Counted from the first letter of the stretch, positions 29,250-40,439 are shown. The stretch is 64,000 nucleotides of DNA from Bacteroidota bacterium (GCA_029571215.1 JAKPTE010000036.1:22302-86301), one strand, 5' to 3'. Notes: generated by a model not told the origin, from the sequence alone. Translations and numbers: made by a program.

Positions 29250-30335
29250 ATGTCCGATAATTTTATTCTGGAAAAACTCGAAGGAGTGCGGTTGCGGTTT
29301 GAAGAGGTAGGACAGATGCTGACCGATCCTGAGGTAATTTCCGACATGAAGCGTTTTGTAAAGCTGAACAAGGAGTACAGAGAACTGCAGCCTTTAATTG
29401 ATGCATACAAGGAATATAAATCCGTGCTGGCAGGTATTGAATCGGCCAAAGAAATGCTGGAAAAGGAAAGCGATGAAGAATTAAGGGAAATGGCTCGGGA
29501 AGAGCTGAACAACCTCACAGCAAAAACGGGCCCTCTGGAAGATAAGATCCGCCTTTTGCTGTTACCTACCGATCCGGAAGATTCCAAAAATGCTATTCTT
29601 GAAATTCGTGCCGGAACGGGTGGAGACGAGGCCAGTCTTTTTGCCGGAGATCTGTTCAGGATGTATGCAAAGTTTATTGAAAAAAAAGGCTGGAAACTTG
29701 AAGTAACAAGTTTCTCGGAAGGAACTGTTGGGGGGTACAAGGAAATTGTTGCCAAAGTAAGCGGTGACGGAGTGTATGGAATCCTTAAGTATGAGTCAGG
29801 AGTGCATCGTGTTCAGAGAGTTCCTCAAACGGAAACTCAGGGAAGAATTCATACATCGGCCGCAACAGTTGCGGTTCTTCCCGAAGCAGAAGAATTTGAT
29901 GTTGTTGTAAAACCGGAAGAAATCAGGAAGGATACGTATTGCTCTTCAGGCCCCGGAGGTCAGAGTGTGAATACAACCTATTCAGCCGTGCGTCTCACGC
30001 ATCTTCCGACAGGCATAGTTGTTACCTGCCAGGATGAAAAGAGCCAGATTAAGAATTATGAGAAGGCCCTGAACGAACTAAGAACACGTCTATACAACCT
30101 GGAATACCAAAAACGGATGGACGAAATCGCATCCCGTCGCCGTACCATGGTATCCACGGGTGATCGTTCAGCAAAAATCAGAACATATAACTACCCCCAG
30201 GGCCGTGTGACCGATCATCGCATTAACTTTACCCTGTACAATCTTCAGGCTGTCCTGAACGGAGATCTCGACGAAATTATTGCCCAATTGCAGATGGCTG
30301 AAAACAGCGAACGACTTAAAATGGCCTCCGTCTGA
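29250..30335 (+). CDS. prfA: Peptide chain release factor 1
   Basis: GGQ motif ([11 protein letters not shown]) and an RF1-type tripeptide region ([14 protein letters not shown]). There is no internal frameshift. The ATG at 29250 is preferred over TTG 29214. Confidence 0.95.
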   Translation: MSDNFILEKLEGVRLRFEEVGQMLTDPEVISDMKRFVKLNKEYRELQPLIDAYKEYKSVLAGIESAKEMLEKESDEELREMAREELNNLTAKTGPLEDKIRLLLLPTDPEDSKNAILEIRAGTGGDEASLFAGDLFRMYAKFIEKKGWKLEVTSFSEGTVGGYKEIVAKVSGDGVYGILKYESGVHRVQRVPQTETQGRIHTSAATVAVLPEAEEFDVVVKPEEIRKDTYCSSGPGGQSVNTTYSAVRLTHLPTGIVVTCQDEKSQIKNYEKALNELRTRLYNLEYQKRMDEIASRRRTMVSTGDRSAKIRTYNYPQGRVTDHRINFTLYNLQAVLNGDLDEIIAQLQMAENSERLKMASV

Positions 30336-30355
30336 ATTTTTTTTACCTTTGACAT

Positions 30356-31189
30356 ATGACACATCAGGATATAACCCGGCAGATCATCAGTAAGAAAAGC
30401 TATCTCTGCGTGGGACTCGATACAGATATCAATAAAATTCCCCGCTTCCTGCTCGAAAAAGAATATCCTGTTTTTGAATTCAACCGTGCCATTATCGATG
30501 CTACTGTACCCTTTGCAGTGGCATACAAATTGAACACCGCCTTTTATGAAAGCCTTGGTGCGGCCGGATGGATCAGCATGGAAATGACGGTTGATTACCT
30601 GAAAAAAAATTATCCCGATGTGTTTGTTATAGCCGATGCCAAGCGGGGAGATGTTGGGAATACTTCCAGAATGTATGCTCTGGCATTCCTGAAAAACATG
30701 CTGTTTGATGCAATAACCGTTGCCCCATATATGGGAGAAGATTCCGTTTCTCCTTTTCTTTCGGTGGAAGGTAAATGGATCATTCTGCTGGCCGTTACCT
30801 CCAACAAAGGAGCGGATGATTTTCAGATGAGTGTTCAGCAGGAAGGATCAGAGCATCTTTGGGAACGGGTAGTAAGAACAGCCATGAACTGGGGTTCCCT
30901 CAACAATATGATGTTTGTGGTAGGAGGAACCCGGCCGGAGGTATTCGGCAGGATGCGGAAACTGGCTCCCGAACATTTTTTTCTGGTACCGGGTATCGGC
31001 GCACAGGGCGGCGACCTGAAAGCTGTGTCTTCTGCCGGTCTAACACCGAAAGGGGGATTGCTTGTCAATTCTTCGCGCGCTATTATTTACGCCGATGGAA
31101 CAAACCGCTTCGCCCAGGTTGCTGGTAATATGGCCCGAGATATTCAGAAGGAAATGGAGGTTTATCTCAGCCAATCACGGGTGATTTAA
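30356..31189 (+). CDS. pyrF: Orotidine 5'-phosphate decarboxylase (type 2)
   Basis: LCVGLDTD, ADAKRGDVGNTS, and PGIGAQGGD. Confidence 0.92.
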   Translation: MTHQDITRQIISKKSYLCVGLDTDINKIPRFLLEKEYPVFEFNRAIIDATVPFAVAYKLNTAFYESLGAAGWISMEMTVDYLKKNYPDVFVIADAKRGDVGNTSRMYALAFLKNMLFDAITVAPYMGEDSVSPFLSVEGKWIILLAVTSNKGADDFQMSVQQEGSEHLWERVVRTAMNWGSLNNMMFVVGGTRPEVFGRMRKLAPEHFFLVPGIGAQGGDLKAVSSAGLTPKGGLLVNSSRAIIYADGTNRFAQVAGNMARDIQKEMEVYLSQSRVI

Positions 31190-31201
31190 TATAAAGTGGG
31201 A

Positions 31202-32482
31202 ATGAACGAAGAATTCCTGCATTTTATATGGAGGTACAAACTGTTTAATTTACCCCTTTCAGATAAGGAAACCCGGTTAGAGGTGGAAGTTCTCTCGACA
31301 GGTATCCCTAATCCGGATGCAGGGCCGGATTTTACGGATGTTAGAATCAGAACGGCAAATACTATTTGGGCTGGGAATGCCGAAATTCATCGCAGGGCTT
31401 CCGACTGGAACCGTCACGGCCATCAGACCGATCCTCAATATAACAATGTTATCCTTCATCTGGTGGAAATTAAGGATACGGAAGTGAAAAACTCCCTTGG
31501 ACAGGAAGTGCCTACCATGGAGTTAACCTGGAATAAGGCTCTAACCAACCGGTATCTTGCCCTGCTGAACAACCACGACAAAATCGGTTGCCGGGATTTC
31601 CTGAATGCTGTCGATCCTATCGTGTTTACCCATTGGATGAATCGGATGATTGTTGAACGGCTGGAACAAAGGACTGAAGCTGTTTTTCATTTGCTGAACG
31701 AAACAGCGGGTGACTGGCAGGAAGTTTATTACAGAAGGCTTCTGATGTCGCTCGGTATGAATATCAATGCCCAGCCATTTGAAATGCTTTCCCGGTCGCT
31801 TCCTTATTCCGTTTTAAGGAAACATACCGGCAACCTGTTGCAAACCGAAGCACTGTTGCTGGGTCAGGCAGGTTTCCTGGAAGAGCGATTGTTTCCGGAA
31901 GAGTATTTTCTGACCTTACGGAACGAATATGCTTTCCTAAAGGCAAAATATAGTCTTAAACCGGTTGACAGATCGCTATGGAAATTCATGAGAATGAGGC
32001 CCGGGAGTTTCCCGACACTCCGTCTGGCACAATTTGCCAAACTTATGCAGAATAGGATGACGGAATTTGATGTATTGCGGCAGGCTGTAAGTCCGGACGA
32101 TTTTGTGTCGTGGTTTCATACCACCGCTTCGGAATTCTGGGATACTCACTATCATTTTGACAGGCTTTCAGAGCCGTTTAAAAAAAGTCTGGGAAAGATA
32201 GCAGCTACCCTGCTGGTAATCAATGCCGTTGTACCTGTGTTGTTTGCATGGGGAAAAAGGAACGGGAACCAGGATCTGATGCAAAAAGCCATTTCTTTTC
32301 TCGAAGCCATGCCTCCTGAGGAAAATCAGATTACCAGAGCATGGGAAAAGGCAGGAATAACCGTTTCCAATGCTGCGGATGCACAATCACTCATTCAACT
32401 GTACCGGCAATACTGTGAAAAGAAATTCTGCCTTCGTTGTGCCATAGGTAATAAACTAATGATGCAGTCGGTAATTTGTTAA
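31202..32482 (+). CDS. DUF2851 family protein
   Basis: The N-terminus MNEEFLHFIWRYKLFN, ...GPDF.D..I......WAGNAEIH..ASDW..HGH, is characteristic of DUF2851. The ORF opens at GTG 31196. Confidence 0.78.
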   Translation: MNEEFLHFIWRYKLFNLPLSDKETRLEVEVLSTGIPNPDAGPDFTDVRIRTANTIWAGNAEIHRRASDWNRHGHQTDPQYNNVILHLVEIKDTEVKNSLGQEVPTMELTWNKALTNRYLALLNNHDKIGCRDFLNAVDPIVFTHWMNRMIVERLEQRTEAVFHLLNETAGDWQEVYYRRLLMSLGMNINAQPFEMLSRSLPYSVLRKHTGNLLQTEALLLGQAGFLEERLFPEEYFLTLRNEYAFLKAKYSLKPVDRSLWKFMRMRPGSFPTLRLAQFAKLMQNRMTEFDVLRQAVSPDDFVSWFHTTASEFWDTHYHFDRLSEPFKKSLGKIAATLLVINAVVPVLFAWGKRNGNQDLMQKAISFLEAMPPEENQITRAWEKAGITVSNAADAQSLIQLYRQYCEKKFCLRCAIGNKLMMQSVIC

Positions 32483-32523
32483 AAAGGAATTTTGCTGAAG
32501 AAACGGATAAAAAAGGTAGATTT

Positions 32524-33441
32524 ATGAAAACAATCCTCATTACCGGAAGTAACGGTCTGCTTGGCCAGAAACTTGTCCGCCGTTTCCGGGACTGTAACAA
32601 CTATAACATTGTGGCAACCTCTTTTAGTCCCGACCGAATGGAAGAGGAGGGATATATCTTTGAGCTGATGGATATTACCAACCCGGTTGAAGTGGATTAT
32701 GTACTGTCAAAACACCGCCCATCAGTCATCATTCATACCGCAGCAATAACTCAGGCCGATACCTGCGAAACCCATAAAAAGGAATGCTGGGATACCAATG
32801 TGCAGGCTGTGGAGACCCTGTTAAAAGGTGCGGCAAAAAGTCAAGCCCATTTTATTCATCTTTCTTCGGATTTTGTATTTGATGGAAAAGCAGGACCATA
32901 TTCCGAGTCAGATCCTGCGGGACCTGTCAACTACTATGGCATATCCAAGCTGGAAAGTGAAAAAGCCGTAATGCGGTACCGGGGAAAATGGACGGTAGTT
33001 CGCACAAGTCTTGTTTTCGGAATTAATTCAAGCCTGGCCAGACCTAATTTTGTTCTTTGGTTGCGCTATGCATTGATGGAAGGACAGAAAGTAAAAGTGA
33101 ACAACGATCAGTTTCGCACTCCCACATTGGCAGAGGATTTGGCGGAAGGATTAATAGCTCTGACAGAAAGGGAAAAGACAGGAATTTTTCATATGGCCGG
33201 CGGGGAGTTTATGAGCATTCTTGAGTTGGCCGAAAAGGTAGCAAAGTATTTCAGACTGGATCAAAGCCTTATTGAAGCAGTTTCAACCAAGGAACTTCAT
33301 GAAACCGGAGTAAGGCCGATGAAAGCAGGTTTACGTATTGAAAAAGCTTTTCATGAAATTGGATACCGGCCGCATACTTTTATGGAAGCTCTCGAAATTC
33401 TTGATCAGCAGATTCAGCAACAGGATATGAATGAATTTTAA
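32524..33441 (+). CDS. SDR-family NAD(P)-dependent oxidoreductase, RmlD (dTDP-4-dehydrorhamnose reductase)-like
   Basis: MKTILITGSNGLLGQ glycine-rich loop and the YGISKLESE (YxxxK) motif. The ATG at 32524 is preferred over the ORF start at 32476. Confidence 0.75.
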   Translation: MKTILITGSNGLLGQKLVRRFRDCNNYNIVATSFSPDRMEEEGYIFELMDITNPVEVDYVLSKHRPSVIIHTAAITQADTCETHKKECWDTNVQAVETLLKGAAKSQAHFIHLSSDFVFDGKAGPYSESDPAGPVNYYGISKLESEKAVMRYRGKWTVVRTSLVFGINSSLARPNFVLWLRYALMEGQKVKVNNDQFRTPTLAEDLAEGLIALTEREKTGIFHMAGGEFMSILELAEKVAKYFRLDQSLIEAVSTKELHETGVRPMKAGLRIEKAFHEIGYRPHTFMEALEILDQQIQQQDMNEF

Positions 33442-33472
33442 CCCAACCTGATTGTTTTTTGGAAAAAATACA

Positions 33473-33480
33473 TAATTTTG
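33473..33480 (+). promoter_or_regulatory. Candidate -7 promoter box (TAatTTTG) for rpsO
   Basis: taattttg lies 48 nt upstream of the ATG at 33529. Confidence 0.35.
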
Positions 33481-33528
33481 CAGGTCTTAAATAAATGAGT
33501 ATAAATAACAAACAATTGCCGATTACAC

Positions 33529-33798
33529 ATGCATTTGACAAGCGAACAGAAACAGGAAATTTTCAGGAAATTTGGGAAATCGGAAACGGATACCGGTTCG
33601 CCTGAAGCGCAGATTGCATTGTTCAGTGAACGGATAGGTCATCTCACCGAGCATCTGAAACTCCACAAAAAGGATTTCAGTACACAACGGGCTTTGCTGA
33701 AGCTTGTTGGGAAGCGTCGCAGGTTGCTTGATTATCTTTACGATACGGATATTGAACGGTACCGTAAGGTAGTTAAAGCACTGAATTTGCGTAAGTAA
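33529..33798 (+). CDS. rpsO: 30S ribosomal protein S15
   Basis: 89 aa. Contains [42 protein letters not shown]. Confidence 0.97.
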   Translation: MHLTSEQKQEIFRKFGKSETDTGSPEAQIALFSERIGHLTEHLKLHKKDFSTQRALLKLVGKRRRLLDYLYDTDIERYRKVVKALNLRK

Positions 33799-33849
33799 GG
33801 TAGTTTCCTGTTTTTACAGGATTCATATTTTGATTTATATCCGGAGGAG

Positions 33850-33885
33850 CAACGCGTTTGCGCACCGCGCAAGCGCGTTGGTTTT
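33850..33885 (+). promoter_or_regulatory. Strong GC-rich hairpin between rpsO and pnp (rpsO terminator/attenuator or pnp leader processing site)
   Basis: 14-bp stem caacgcgtttgcgc (33850-33863) paired with gcgcaagcgcgttg (33867-33880), with one G-U pair and the 3-nt loop acc. Only a short gtttt follows. Confidence 0.6.
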
Positions 33886-33933
33886 CAGAAACACTGTTAA
33901 AAAACGTATCGCCTTTGTAAAAAAGTAGTATCC

Positions 33934-36060
33934 ATGGAAAATATTTATCAGAAAGTAATTGATTTACCCGATGGCAGACAAATAACCATTGAAACGGGGA
34001 AGCTTGCCAAACAGGCCGACGGGTCTGTAGTAGTAAAAATGGGTAAGACTATGCTCCTTGCTACGGTTGTTTCAGCCAAAGAGGCTGGTGAAGAAGTTGA
34101 TTTTGTGCCGCTTTCAGTAGAGTACAAAGAAAAATTCGCGGCTATGGGTCGTTTCCCCGGCGGGTTTATGAAGCGCGAGACAAAACCGTCTGACTATGAG
34201 ATTTTAGTTGCCCGATTGGTTGACCGGGCACTCCGTCCGCTTTTCCCTGAAGATTATCATGCCGAAACCTTTGTTACCATCAATCTGATATCTGCAGAAA
34301 AGGACATTATACCGGATGCTCTGGCCGGGCTTGCTGCCTCAGCTGCCCTTACCATTTCCGACGTTCCGTTTAACGGACCTATTTCGGAAGTGAGAGTTGG
34401 AAGAATTGACGGAAAGTTCATCCTGAACCCTACCTACAAACAACTGGAACAAAGCGACATCGATATTATGGTTGGTGCTTCAGCCGATAATATTCTCATG
34501 GTGGAGGGCGAGTTGAAGGAGGTTTCGGAAAATGATCTGCTGGAAGCCATTAAATTTGCCCACCAGGCAATCAAACCCATGTGCGAAGCTCAGAAAGAAC
34601 TGGCAGCCCTGGCCGGGAAAGGGCTGAAACGGACTTACAGCCACGAAATGAATGATGAGGAGATCAGGAAGCAAATCTGGGAATCGACCTATGACAGGGT
34701 TTATGCCATTGGAAAAGCCGGAATGAGCAAACAGGAACGAAACAGGGCCTTTGAGGAGATTCTGGAGGAACTGCTGGAGAAATATGCCGGAGAAGAAGAT
34801 GAACCGGCAAAAAGCGTTATGATAAAGCGTTATTATCATGACGTGCAGAAAAAAGCACTCCGTAACCTGATACTGAACGAAAATTTGCGTGTTGACGGAA
34901 GAAAACCAGATGAAATACGGCCCATTTCATGCGAAATAGACTATCTGCCGGCAGCGCATGGTTCTGCATTGTTTACCAGGGGAGAAACCCAATCGCTGAC
35001 AACGGTAACCCTTGGCAACAAGCTTGATATGAAGATTATTGACGAGGTAATGGTTCAGGGAACAGAACAGTTTGTTCTGCATTACAATTTCCCACCTTTT
35101 TCTACCGGTGATGCACGTCCGTCGCGCGGATTAAGCCGCCGCGAAATCGGCCATGGTAATCTCGCGCACAGGGCGTTAAAACCCGTTATGCCTCTTACCG
35201 ATAATCCTTATGCAATCAGGGTGGTAAGCGACATCCTTGAATCGAATGGTTCATCTTCTATGGCAACTGTTTGTGCCGGAACCCTGGCCCTCATGGATGC
35301 TGGTATTAAAATCAAACGACCGGTTTCGGGAATAGCCATGGGGCTTATTTCTGATCCCGAAACCAATCGCTTTGCAGTTCTTAGCGATATTTTGGGAGAT
35401 GAAGATCACCTTGGCGATATGGACTTTAAGGTAGCCGGAACAACGGAAGGCATTACAGCTACCCAGATGGATATTAAGATTGACGGGCTGCCCTATGAGG
35501 TTCTGGCCAGGGCACTTGAACAGGCCAAGGCCGGACGTCTCTATATTCTTTCGAAAATGACGGAAGTAATTTCTGAACCAAGACCGGAAATGAAGCCCCA
35601 TACTCCAAGAATCGTTCAGATTATTATTCCGAAGGAAATGATTGGTGCCCTCATCGGTCCGGGAGGTAAAATTGTCCAGGAAATCCAGAATGAAACGGAT
35701 ACGACCATCGTTATTGAAGAAGTGGACAGCAAAGGGGTTGTTGATGTATTTGCCGATAACAAGGAGTCTATTGATGCGGCTCTTAAACGTATCAATGCCA
35801 TAGTGGCCGTTCCTGAAGTTGATAAGGTGTATACCGGCACCGTAAAATCTGTTACACCCTTTGGCGCCTTTGTGGAAATTCTTCCCGGCAAGGAAGGATT
35901 GCTGCACATATCGGAAATTGAATGGCGGCGACTTCAGAGTGTGGAAGAAGTGCTCAAAGAGGGCGACCAGGTGGAGGTGAAACTGATAGATTATGATCAA
36001 AAATCAGGCAAACTGAAACTTTCTAGAAAGGCGCTTCTGCCTCGCCCTCCGAAAAAATGA
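33934..36060 (+). CDS. pnp: Polyribonucleotide nucleotidyltransferase (PNPase)
   Basis: Two RNase PH domains, a KH domain ([10 protein letters not shown]) and an S1 domain ([15 protein letters not shown]); 708 aa. Confidence 0.98.
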   Translation: MENIYQKVIDLPDGRQITIETGKLAKQADGSVVVKMGKTMLLATVVSAKEAGEEVDFVPLSVEYKEKFAAMGRFPGGFMKRETKPSDYEILVARLVDRALRPLFPEDYHAETFVTINLISAEKDIIPDALAGLAASAALTISDVPFNGPISEVRVGRIDGKFILNPTYKQLEQSDIDIMVGASADNILMVEGELKEVSENDLLEAIKFAHQAIKPMCEAQKELAALAGKGLKRTYSHEMNDEEIRKQIWESTYDRVYAIGKAGMSKQERNRAFEEILEELLEKYAGEEDEPAKSVMIKRYYHDVQKKALRNLILNENLRVDGRKPDEIRPISCEIDYLPAAHGSALFTRGETQSLTTVTLGNKLDMKIIDEVMVQGTEQFVLHYNFPPFSTGDARPSRGLSRREIGHGNLAHRALKPVMPLTDNPYAIRVVSDILESNGSSSMATVCAGTLALMDAGIKIKRPVSGIAMGLISDPETNRFAVLSDILGDEDHLGDMDFKVAGTTEGITATQMDIKIDGLPYEVLARALEQAKAGRLYILSKMTEVISEPRPEMKPHTPRIVQIIIPKEMIGALIGPGGKIVQEIQNETDTTIVIEEVDSKGVVDVFADNKESIDAALKRINAIVAVPEVDKVYTGTVKSVTPFGAFVEILPGKEGLLHISEIEWRRLQSVEEVLKEGDQVEVKLIDYDQKSGKLKLSRKALLPRPPKK

Positions 36061-36091
36061 AATAGACTTTTGAAAAATTCACAGCCTCATC

Positions 36092-36141
36092 TTCTTGATA
36101 TTCCCCGATAGCAAACAGGGCAATATCAAGAATTTTGTTTT
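36092..36141 (+). terminator. Rho-independent terminator of pnp
   Basis: 11-bp stem ttcttgatatt/aatatcaagaa with a 19-nt loop, followed by ttttgtttt. Confidence 0.65.
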
Positions 36142-36369
36142 CGACCTTCCCATTAGGCATTTTAAATTAACAAGTTGGCTCCTAATGCCAACTGATTAAT
36201 TTCTAACAAATTGAAAATCATTAACCTCTGTTACAGATAATGAATCAGTACTTTTAACGCAAATCCATTAAGTCATTTCTCTTTTCATATTTATAATCCG
36301 GTAATAATTATGCTCTGCTGAACTTGAATTTTGGTAATGGACGGCGGTTGAAGTTTTGAGGCTAATTGT

Positions 36370-36377
36370 TAACTTTG
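36370..36377 (+). promoter_or_regulatory. Candidate -7 promoter box (TAacTTTG) for the prolyl oligopeptidase gene
   Basis: taactttg lies 25 nt upstream of the ATG at 36403. Confidence 0.4.
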
Positions 36378-36402
36378 AGATTCTTATCAATAACCTCCTG
36401 CC

Positions 36403-38535
36403 ATGAAAAAAATTCTCTTCGGTTTATTTGGACTACTTATGATGCAGTCGTGCAGTAAAAATCAGTTGAAATATCCTGAAACACGAAAAGAAGATGTAAC
36501 CGACACCTATTTTGGTGTTACTGTTAAAGACCCTTACCGTTGGCTTGAAAATGACACCTCACCTGAGGTAAAAAAATGGGTGGAAGAACAGAACAAACTG
36601 ACATTTTCTTATCTGGAATCCATCCCCTTCCGGGATGCGCTGAAGAAAAGACTCAGGGAATTGTGGAACTTTGAGCGTGTTTCGGCTCCTTTCAAAGAAG
36701 GCGGAAAATATTTTCTTTTCCGGAATGACGGTTTGCAAAACCAGAGTGTGCTTTGTATGATGGAACATCCTGATGCTGAACCGAAAGTTATTCTGGATCC
36801 AAATACCTTATCTCCCGATGGTACCGTAGCCCTGAATACCTTTTCTGTATCACATGATGGCCGTTATCTGGCGTATGCCATTTCACGGGCTGGATCTGAC
36901 TGGGTGGAAGTGTTCGTCAGAGATCTGAAAACAGGACAGGACCTGAACGACCATTTGCTTTGGGTTAAATTCTCCGGTCTCGCATGGGCAGGAGACGGTT
37001 TCTATTACAGCCGGTATGATGCCCCTGGAAAAGGAACTGAACTCTCATCACAGAACACGTTTCAGAAAGTATATTTTCATAAACTTGGAACAAACCAGGA
37101 ACATGACAGGCTGGTTTACCGTCATCCCACCGAAGGGGATCGTATGTACGGAGCATGGGTCAGCCGCGATGAACACTGGTTGGTATTGTTCGAAAGCAAA
37201 TGGGGTACACGGGGAAACGCTCTCTGGGTCAAAGATCTTACAAAAAGCAATGATAAGTTCCATTGTGTGGCAGAGGGATTTGACTATGAAAACGGACTGG
37301 TTGACATTCAAGACGGATTCCTGTATATGATAACCAACCAGGATGCACCCAGGTACCGGCTCATGAAAGTTGACCTGCATTCCTTACCCGAATCAGTGAA
37401 GTCAGAACTTGTTCCGCAGAAAAAAGATGTTCTGGAAGCGGCATACCTTGCCGGAGGAAAACTATTTCTTCAATACCTGAGAGATGTGAAAAATGTTCTG
37501 GAGGCCTACCAGACCGACGGCACATACCTGCATCCGGTGCAGCTACCGGCTATCGGAACCGTCCTGTCTTTTTCAGGTGAACCAGACGAGGAAAATGCTT
37601 ACTATACGTTCACTTCGTTCAATTATCCTACAACAGTTTTCCGCTACAATACAAAAACAGACAGTTCGGAGGTATGGTTTGCACCCAGGCTTGATTTCCA
37701 TCCGGAAGATTATATGGTCGAGCAAGTTTTTTATAACAGCAAGGATGGTACCCGGGTACCTATGTTTATCACTTATAAGAAAGGTATCCGGCAAAACGGA
37801 AAGAACCCTACCCTGCTCTATGGATATGGAGGCTTTAATATTACCATGAAGCCTTCATTCTCAACAGCGGTGCTTTTGTGGCTTGAAAACGGCGGGGTTT
37901 ATGCACTCGCCAATATACGGGGAGGAGGGGAATATGGCGAAGAATGGCACGAGGCCGGCATGAAACTCAACAAGCAGAACGTATTTGATGATTTTATCGC
38001 TGCGGCCGAATATCTCATCCGGGAGAACTATACTTCACCAAAGAAACTTGCCATCATGGGAGGTTCCAACGGAGGTCTTCTCATCGGGGCTGTGGTAAAT
38101 CAACGCCCTGAATTGTTCAGGGTGGCTATCCCCCAGGTGGGTGTAATGGATATGCTACGGTTTCATAAATTTACCATTGGTGGTTCCTGGGTAACTGATT
38201 ACGGCTCCAGCGAAGATTCCGTGCAGTTTCACTATTTATTGAAATACAGTCCGCTCCATAATATCCGTTCCGGAATAAAATATCCGGCTATCCTGGTAAC
38301 TACGGCTGACCATGACGATCGTGTGGTACCGGCTCATTCCTTTAAATACATTGCCACCCTTCAGGAAAAATATAAAGGACCTCATCCGGTTCTGATCCGT
38401 ATTCAAACAAGTGCCGGCCATGGAGGAGGAAAGCCAACTTCTGTCATTATTGATGAAACGGCTGATATTTATGCCTTTATATACAAAAACATGGGAGTTG
38501 TGCCGTTTGTGGCGCATCAAAAGGCACATCAATAA
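36403..38535 (+). CDS. Prolyl oligopeptidase (peptidase S9A), secreted/lipoprotein form
   Basis: Signal peptide with a Cys (LLMMQSCS), an N-terminal beta-propeller, and a catalytic domain with GGSNGGLL (Ser), DHDDRV (Asp) and AGHGGG (His). Confidence 0.93.
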   Translation: MKKILFGLFGLLMMQSCSKNQLKYPETRKEDVTDTYFGVTVKDPYRWLENDTSPEVKKWVEEQNKLTFSYLESIPFRDALKKRLRELWNFERVSAPFKEGGKYFLFRNDGLQNQSVLCMMEHPDAEPKVILDPNTLSPDGTVALNTFSVSHDGRYLAYAISRAGSDWVEVFVRDLKTGQDLNDHLLWVKFSGLAWAGDGFYYSRYDAPGKGTELSSQNTFQKVYFHKLGTNQEHDRLVYRHPTEGDRMYGAWVSRDEHWLVLFESKWGTRGNALWVKDLTKSNDKFHCVAEGFDYENGLVDIQDGFLYMITNQDAPRYRLMKVDLHSLPESVKSELVPQKKDVLEAAYLAGGKLFLQYLRDVKNVLEAYQTDGTYLHPVQLPAIGTVLSFSGEPDEENAYYTFTSFNYPTTVFRYNTKTDSSEVWFAPRLDFHPEDYMVEQVFYNSKDGTRVPMFITYKKGIRQNGKNPTLLYGYGGFNITMKPSFSTAVLLWLENGGVYALANIRGGGEYGEEWHEAGMKLNKQNVFDDFIAAAEYLIRENYTSPKKLAIMGGSNGGLLIGAVVNQRPELFRVAIPQVGVMDMLRFHKFTIGGSWVTDYGSSEDSVQFHYLLKYSPLHNIRSGIKYPAILVTTADHDDRVVPAHSFKYIATLQEKYKGPHPVLIRIQTSAGHGGGKPTSVIIDETADIYAFIYKNMGVVPFVAHQKAHQ

Positions 38536-38643
38536 AGAAATATGCGTTCTGCTCTTTTTTTTTGAAAAAACTTTCCTTAGATTTGTTCTTTGAATTTCAA
38601 TCAAATGGAATTAATTTAATGCCAATGATAAACTAAATTTCTG

Positions 38644-40386
38644 ATGACTATGAAAAAATTCACTATCAACTATCTTGTAGTATTCCTCGCAGGAATATTT
38701 GCTCTTAGCAGTTGCGGTGGTCTGGACAAAATGAAAAAGGCTGCCGATCAGGTAAAATATGAGGCTTCACCCAAAGTTCTTGAGCTGAAAGGAAATACGG
38801 TTGATGTGAGCTTCAAGGTTTCATTCCCGGCTAAATTCTTCAATAAGAAGGCCATTCTTGAAATGACACCCGTACTGGTTTACAACGGACAGGAACTTCC
38901 TCTTGACAAGGGAATTGTGCAGGGTGAAAAGGTTGAAGGAAATAACAAAGCCATTAAATACCTTGAAGGCGGATCCTATAACTGGGCTGCCAAACCTTTT
39001 GAATTTAAAGATGAAATGCGTGTTTCCCAGGTGGTTATCCGGCCCAGTGTTTACATTGCCGGCAAGGAAGCTGCCAAGCTGGCTCTGCCTCCGGTGAAGG
39101 TAGCCGATGGAATTATTGCTACCCAGAAGCTGGTGAAAATTGATGCCAAGCCCATTACGATGGAAGACAAGTTTGTACGCACAACCAGCGACAAATACGA
39201 ATCCCAGATTTTATATGTGATTAACCGGAGCGATGTTCGTACTTCCGAAATAAAGAAACCGGAAGTTGTTGGACTTGAAAAGTACATTGCTGCTACCAAG
39301 AATGATCCCAACAAACAGCTCAAGGGCATCGATATTCTGGCTTATGCTTCACCCGATGGCCCGATGGATCTGAACGACAGGCTTTCCAAAGCCCGTCAGA
39401 AATCAGCCAGCGAATTTTTACAGAAAGAACTGAAGAAAGCCAAGATTTCCGAAGCAGATAAGAAAGAACTCTGGTCGCTGATGGCTACACCCGAAGACTG
39501 GGAAGGTTTCAAGGCCCTGATGGAAAAATCGGACATCAAGGATAAAGAGCTGGTTCTCAGGGTTCTTTCAATGTACAGCGATCCAAACGTCCGTGAAAAG
39601 GAAATAAAGAACATGGCCAAAACATTCGAAGAAATTGCTCAAAAGATTCTTCCCCAGCTGAGGCGCTCCAGAATGATTGCCAAAGTTGACGTTGTTGGCC
39701 GTTCGGATGAGGAAATCATGAGTACTTTCAAAACCAATCCTTCTGCTCTTTCCTTGGAAGAATTGCTCTATGCCGGCGGCAAACTTACCAATGATCTTGC
39801 CACCAAACAGGCTATCTATGAAAAGACCATTGAACTTTTCCCGAATTGCTTCCGGGCTCATAATAACCTTGGATGTGTTTATCTGTGGCAAAACAAACTT
39901 GACCTGGCTCAGAAAGAATTCGAAGCTGCCCAGGCACTCAAAGAAACAGATCAAACCAAATCCAACCTTGGGTATGTTGCACTTCTGAAAGGCGACTATG
40001 CTAAGGCTGAAAACCTGTTTACTTCGGTTGCCAGAAATGTTGAAGTTGCAAACTACGGGCTGGGAATTATCAATATTACCAAAGGTGATTATGAAACAGC
40101 CATCAAATTCCTTGGCAATACACCTGAATTCAATACGGCTCTTGCAAAAGCCCTCAACAAAGACAACGAAGGAGCAATGGCTGTGCTGAACAATGTTAAA
40201 GGTGATGAAGCACTGGTTGCCTACCTGAAGGCTGTTCTTGGTGCCCGTATGGATAACAGTGAAGTTGTGTTCAACAACCTGCGGGTTGCCGTTGCCAAAG
40301 ATCCTTCCCTCAAAAAGACGGCTGCCTCTGACATGGAATTTGGCAAGTTCCTTGCCAATGATGTCTTCAAATCGATTGTTCAGTAA
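38644..40386 (+). CDS. TPR-repeat lipoprotein with an OmpA-like central motif
   Basis: Lipobox FALSSCGG. The central segment AYASPDGPMDLNDRLSKARQKSASEFL resembles the OmpA_C peptidoglycan-binding motif. The C-terminal ~200 aa look like TPR repeats (AHNNLGCVYLWQNKLDLAQKEFEAA...). An alternative ATG lies at 38650. Confidence 0.7.
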   Translation: MTMKKFTINYLVVFLAGIFALSSCGGLDKMKKAADQVKYEASPKVLELKGNTVDVSFKVSFPAKFFNKKAILEMTPVLVYNGQELPLDKGIVQGEKVEGNNKAIKYLEGGSYNWAAKPFEFKDEMRVSQVVIRPSVYIAGKEAAKLALPPVKVADGIIATQKLVKIDAKPITMEDKFVRTTSDKYESQILYVINRSDVRTSEIKKPEVVGLEKYIAATKNDPNKQLKGIDILAYASPDGPMDLNDRLSKARQKSASEFLQKELKKAKISEADKKELWSLMATPEDWEGFKALMEKSDIKDKELVLRVLSMYSDPNVREKEIKNMAKTFEEIAQKILPQLRRSRMIAKVDVVGRSDEEIMSTFKTNPSALSLEELLYAGGKLTNDLATKQAIYEKTIELFPNCFRAHNNLGCVYLWQNKLDLAQKEFEAAQALKETDQTKSNLGYVALLKGDYAKAENLFTSVARNVEVANYGLGIINITKGDYETAIKFLGNTPEFNTALAKALNKDNEGAMAVLNNVKGDEALVAYLKAVLGARMDNSEVVFNNLRVAVAKDPSLKKTAASDMEFGKFLANDVFKSIVQ

Positions 40387-40404
40387 TTTAAAATAAGCTG
40401 ATTG

Positions 40405-40439
40405 AAAAGGGGATGCGTTAGTCATCCCCTTTTTTTTTA
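40405..40439. terminator. Bidirectional rho-independent terminator
   Basis: Stem ggggatg/catcccc with loop cgttagt, flanked by aaaa upstream and a T10 run downstream. It lies between convergent genes. Confidence 0.75.

Noticed and set aside
29219-29755. A 178-aa antisense ORF inside prfA.
   Set aside because: It is a serine-rich, low-complexity translation opposite a conserved essential gene.
29250-30335. A programmed +1 frameshift of the type seen in release factor 2.
   Set aside because: The gene is RF1-type (PQT tripeptide region) and is a single uninterrupted frame.
35251-36000. A 249-aa antisense ORF inside pnp. A similar case is 34480-34839.
   Set aside because: pnp is unambiguous on the plus strand. 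The antisense translation is rich in F, N, R and H and has no domain signature.
38536-38566. A T10 run after the prolyl oligopeptidase stop, considered as a terminator.
   Set aside because: I could pair only a 4-5 bp stem upstream of the T run, which is too weak to call.
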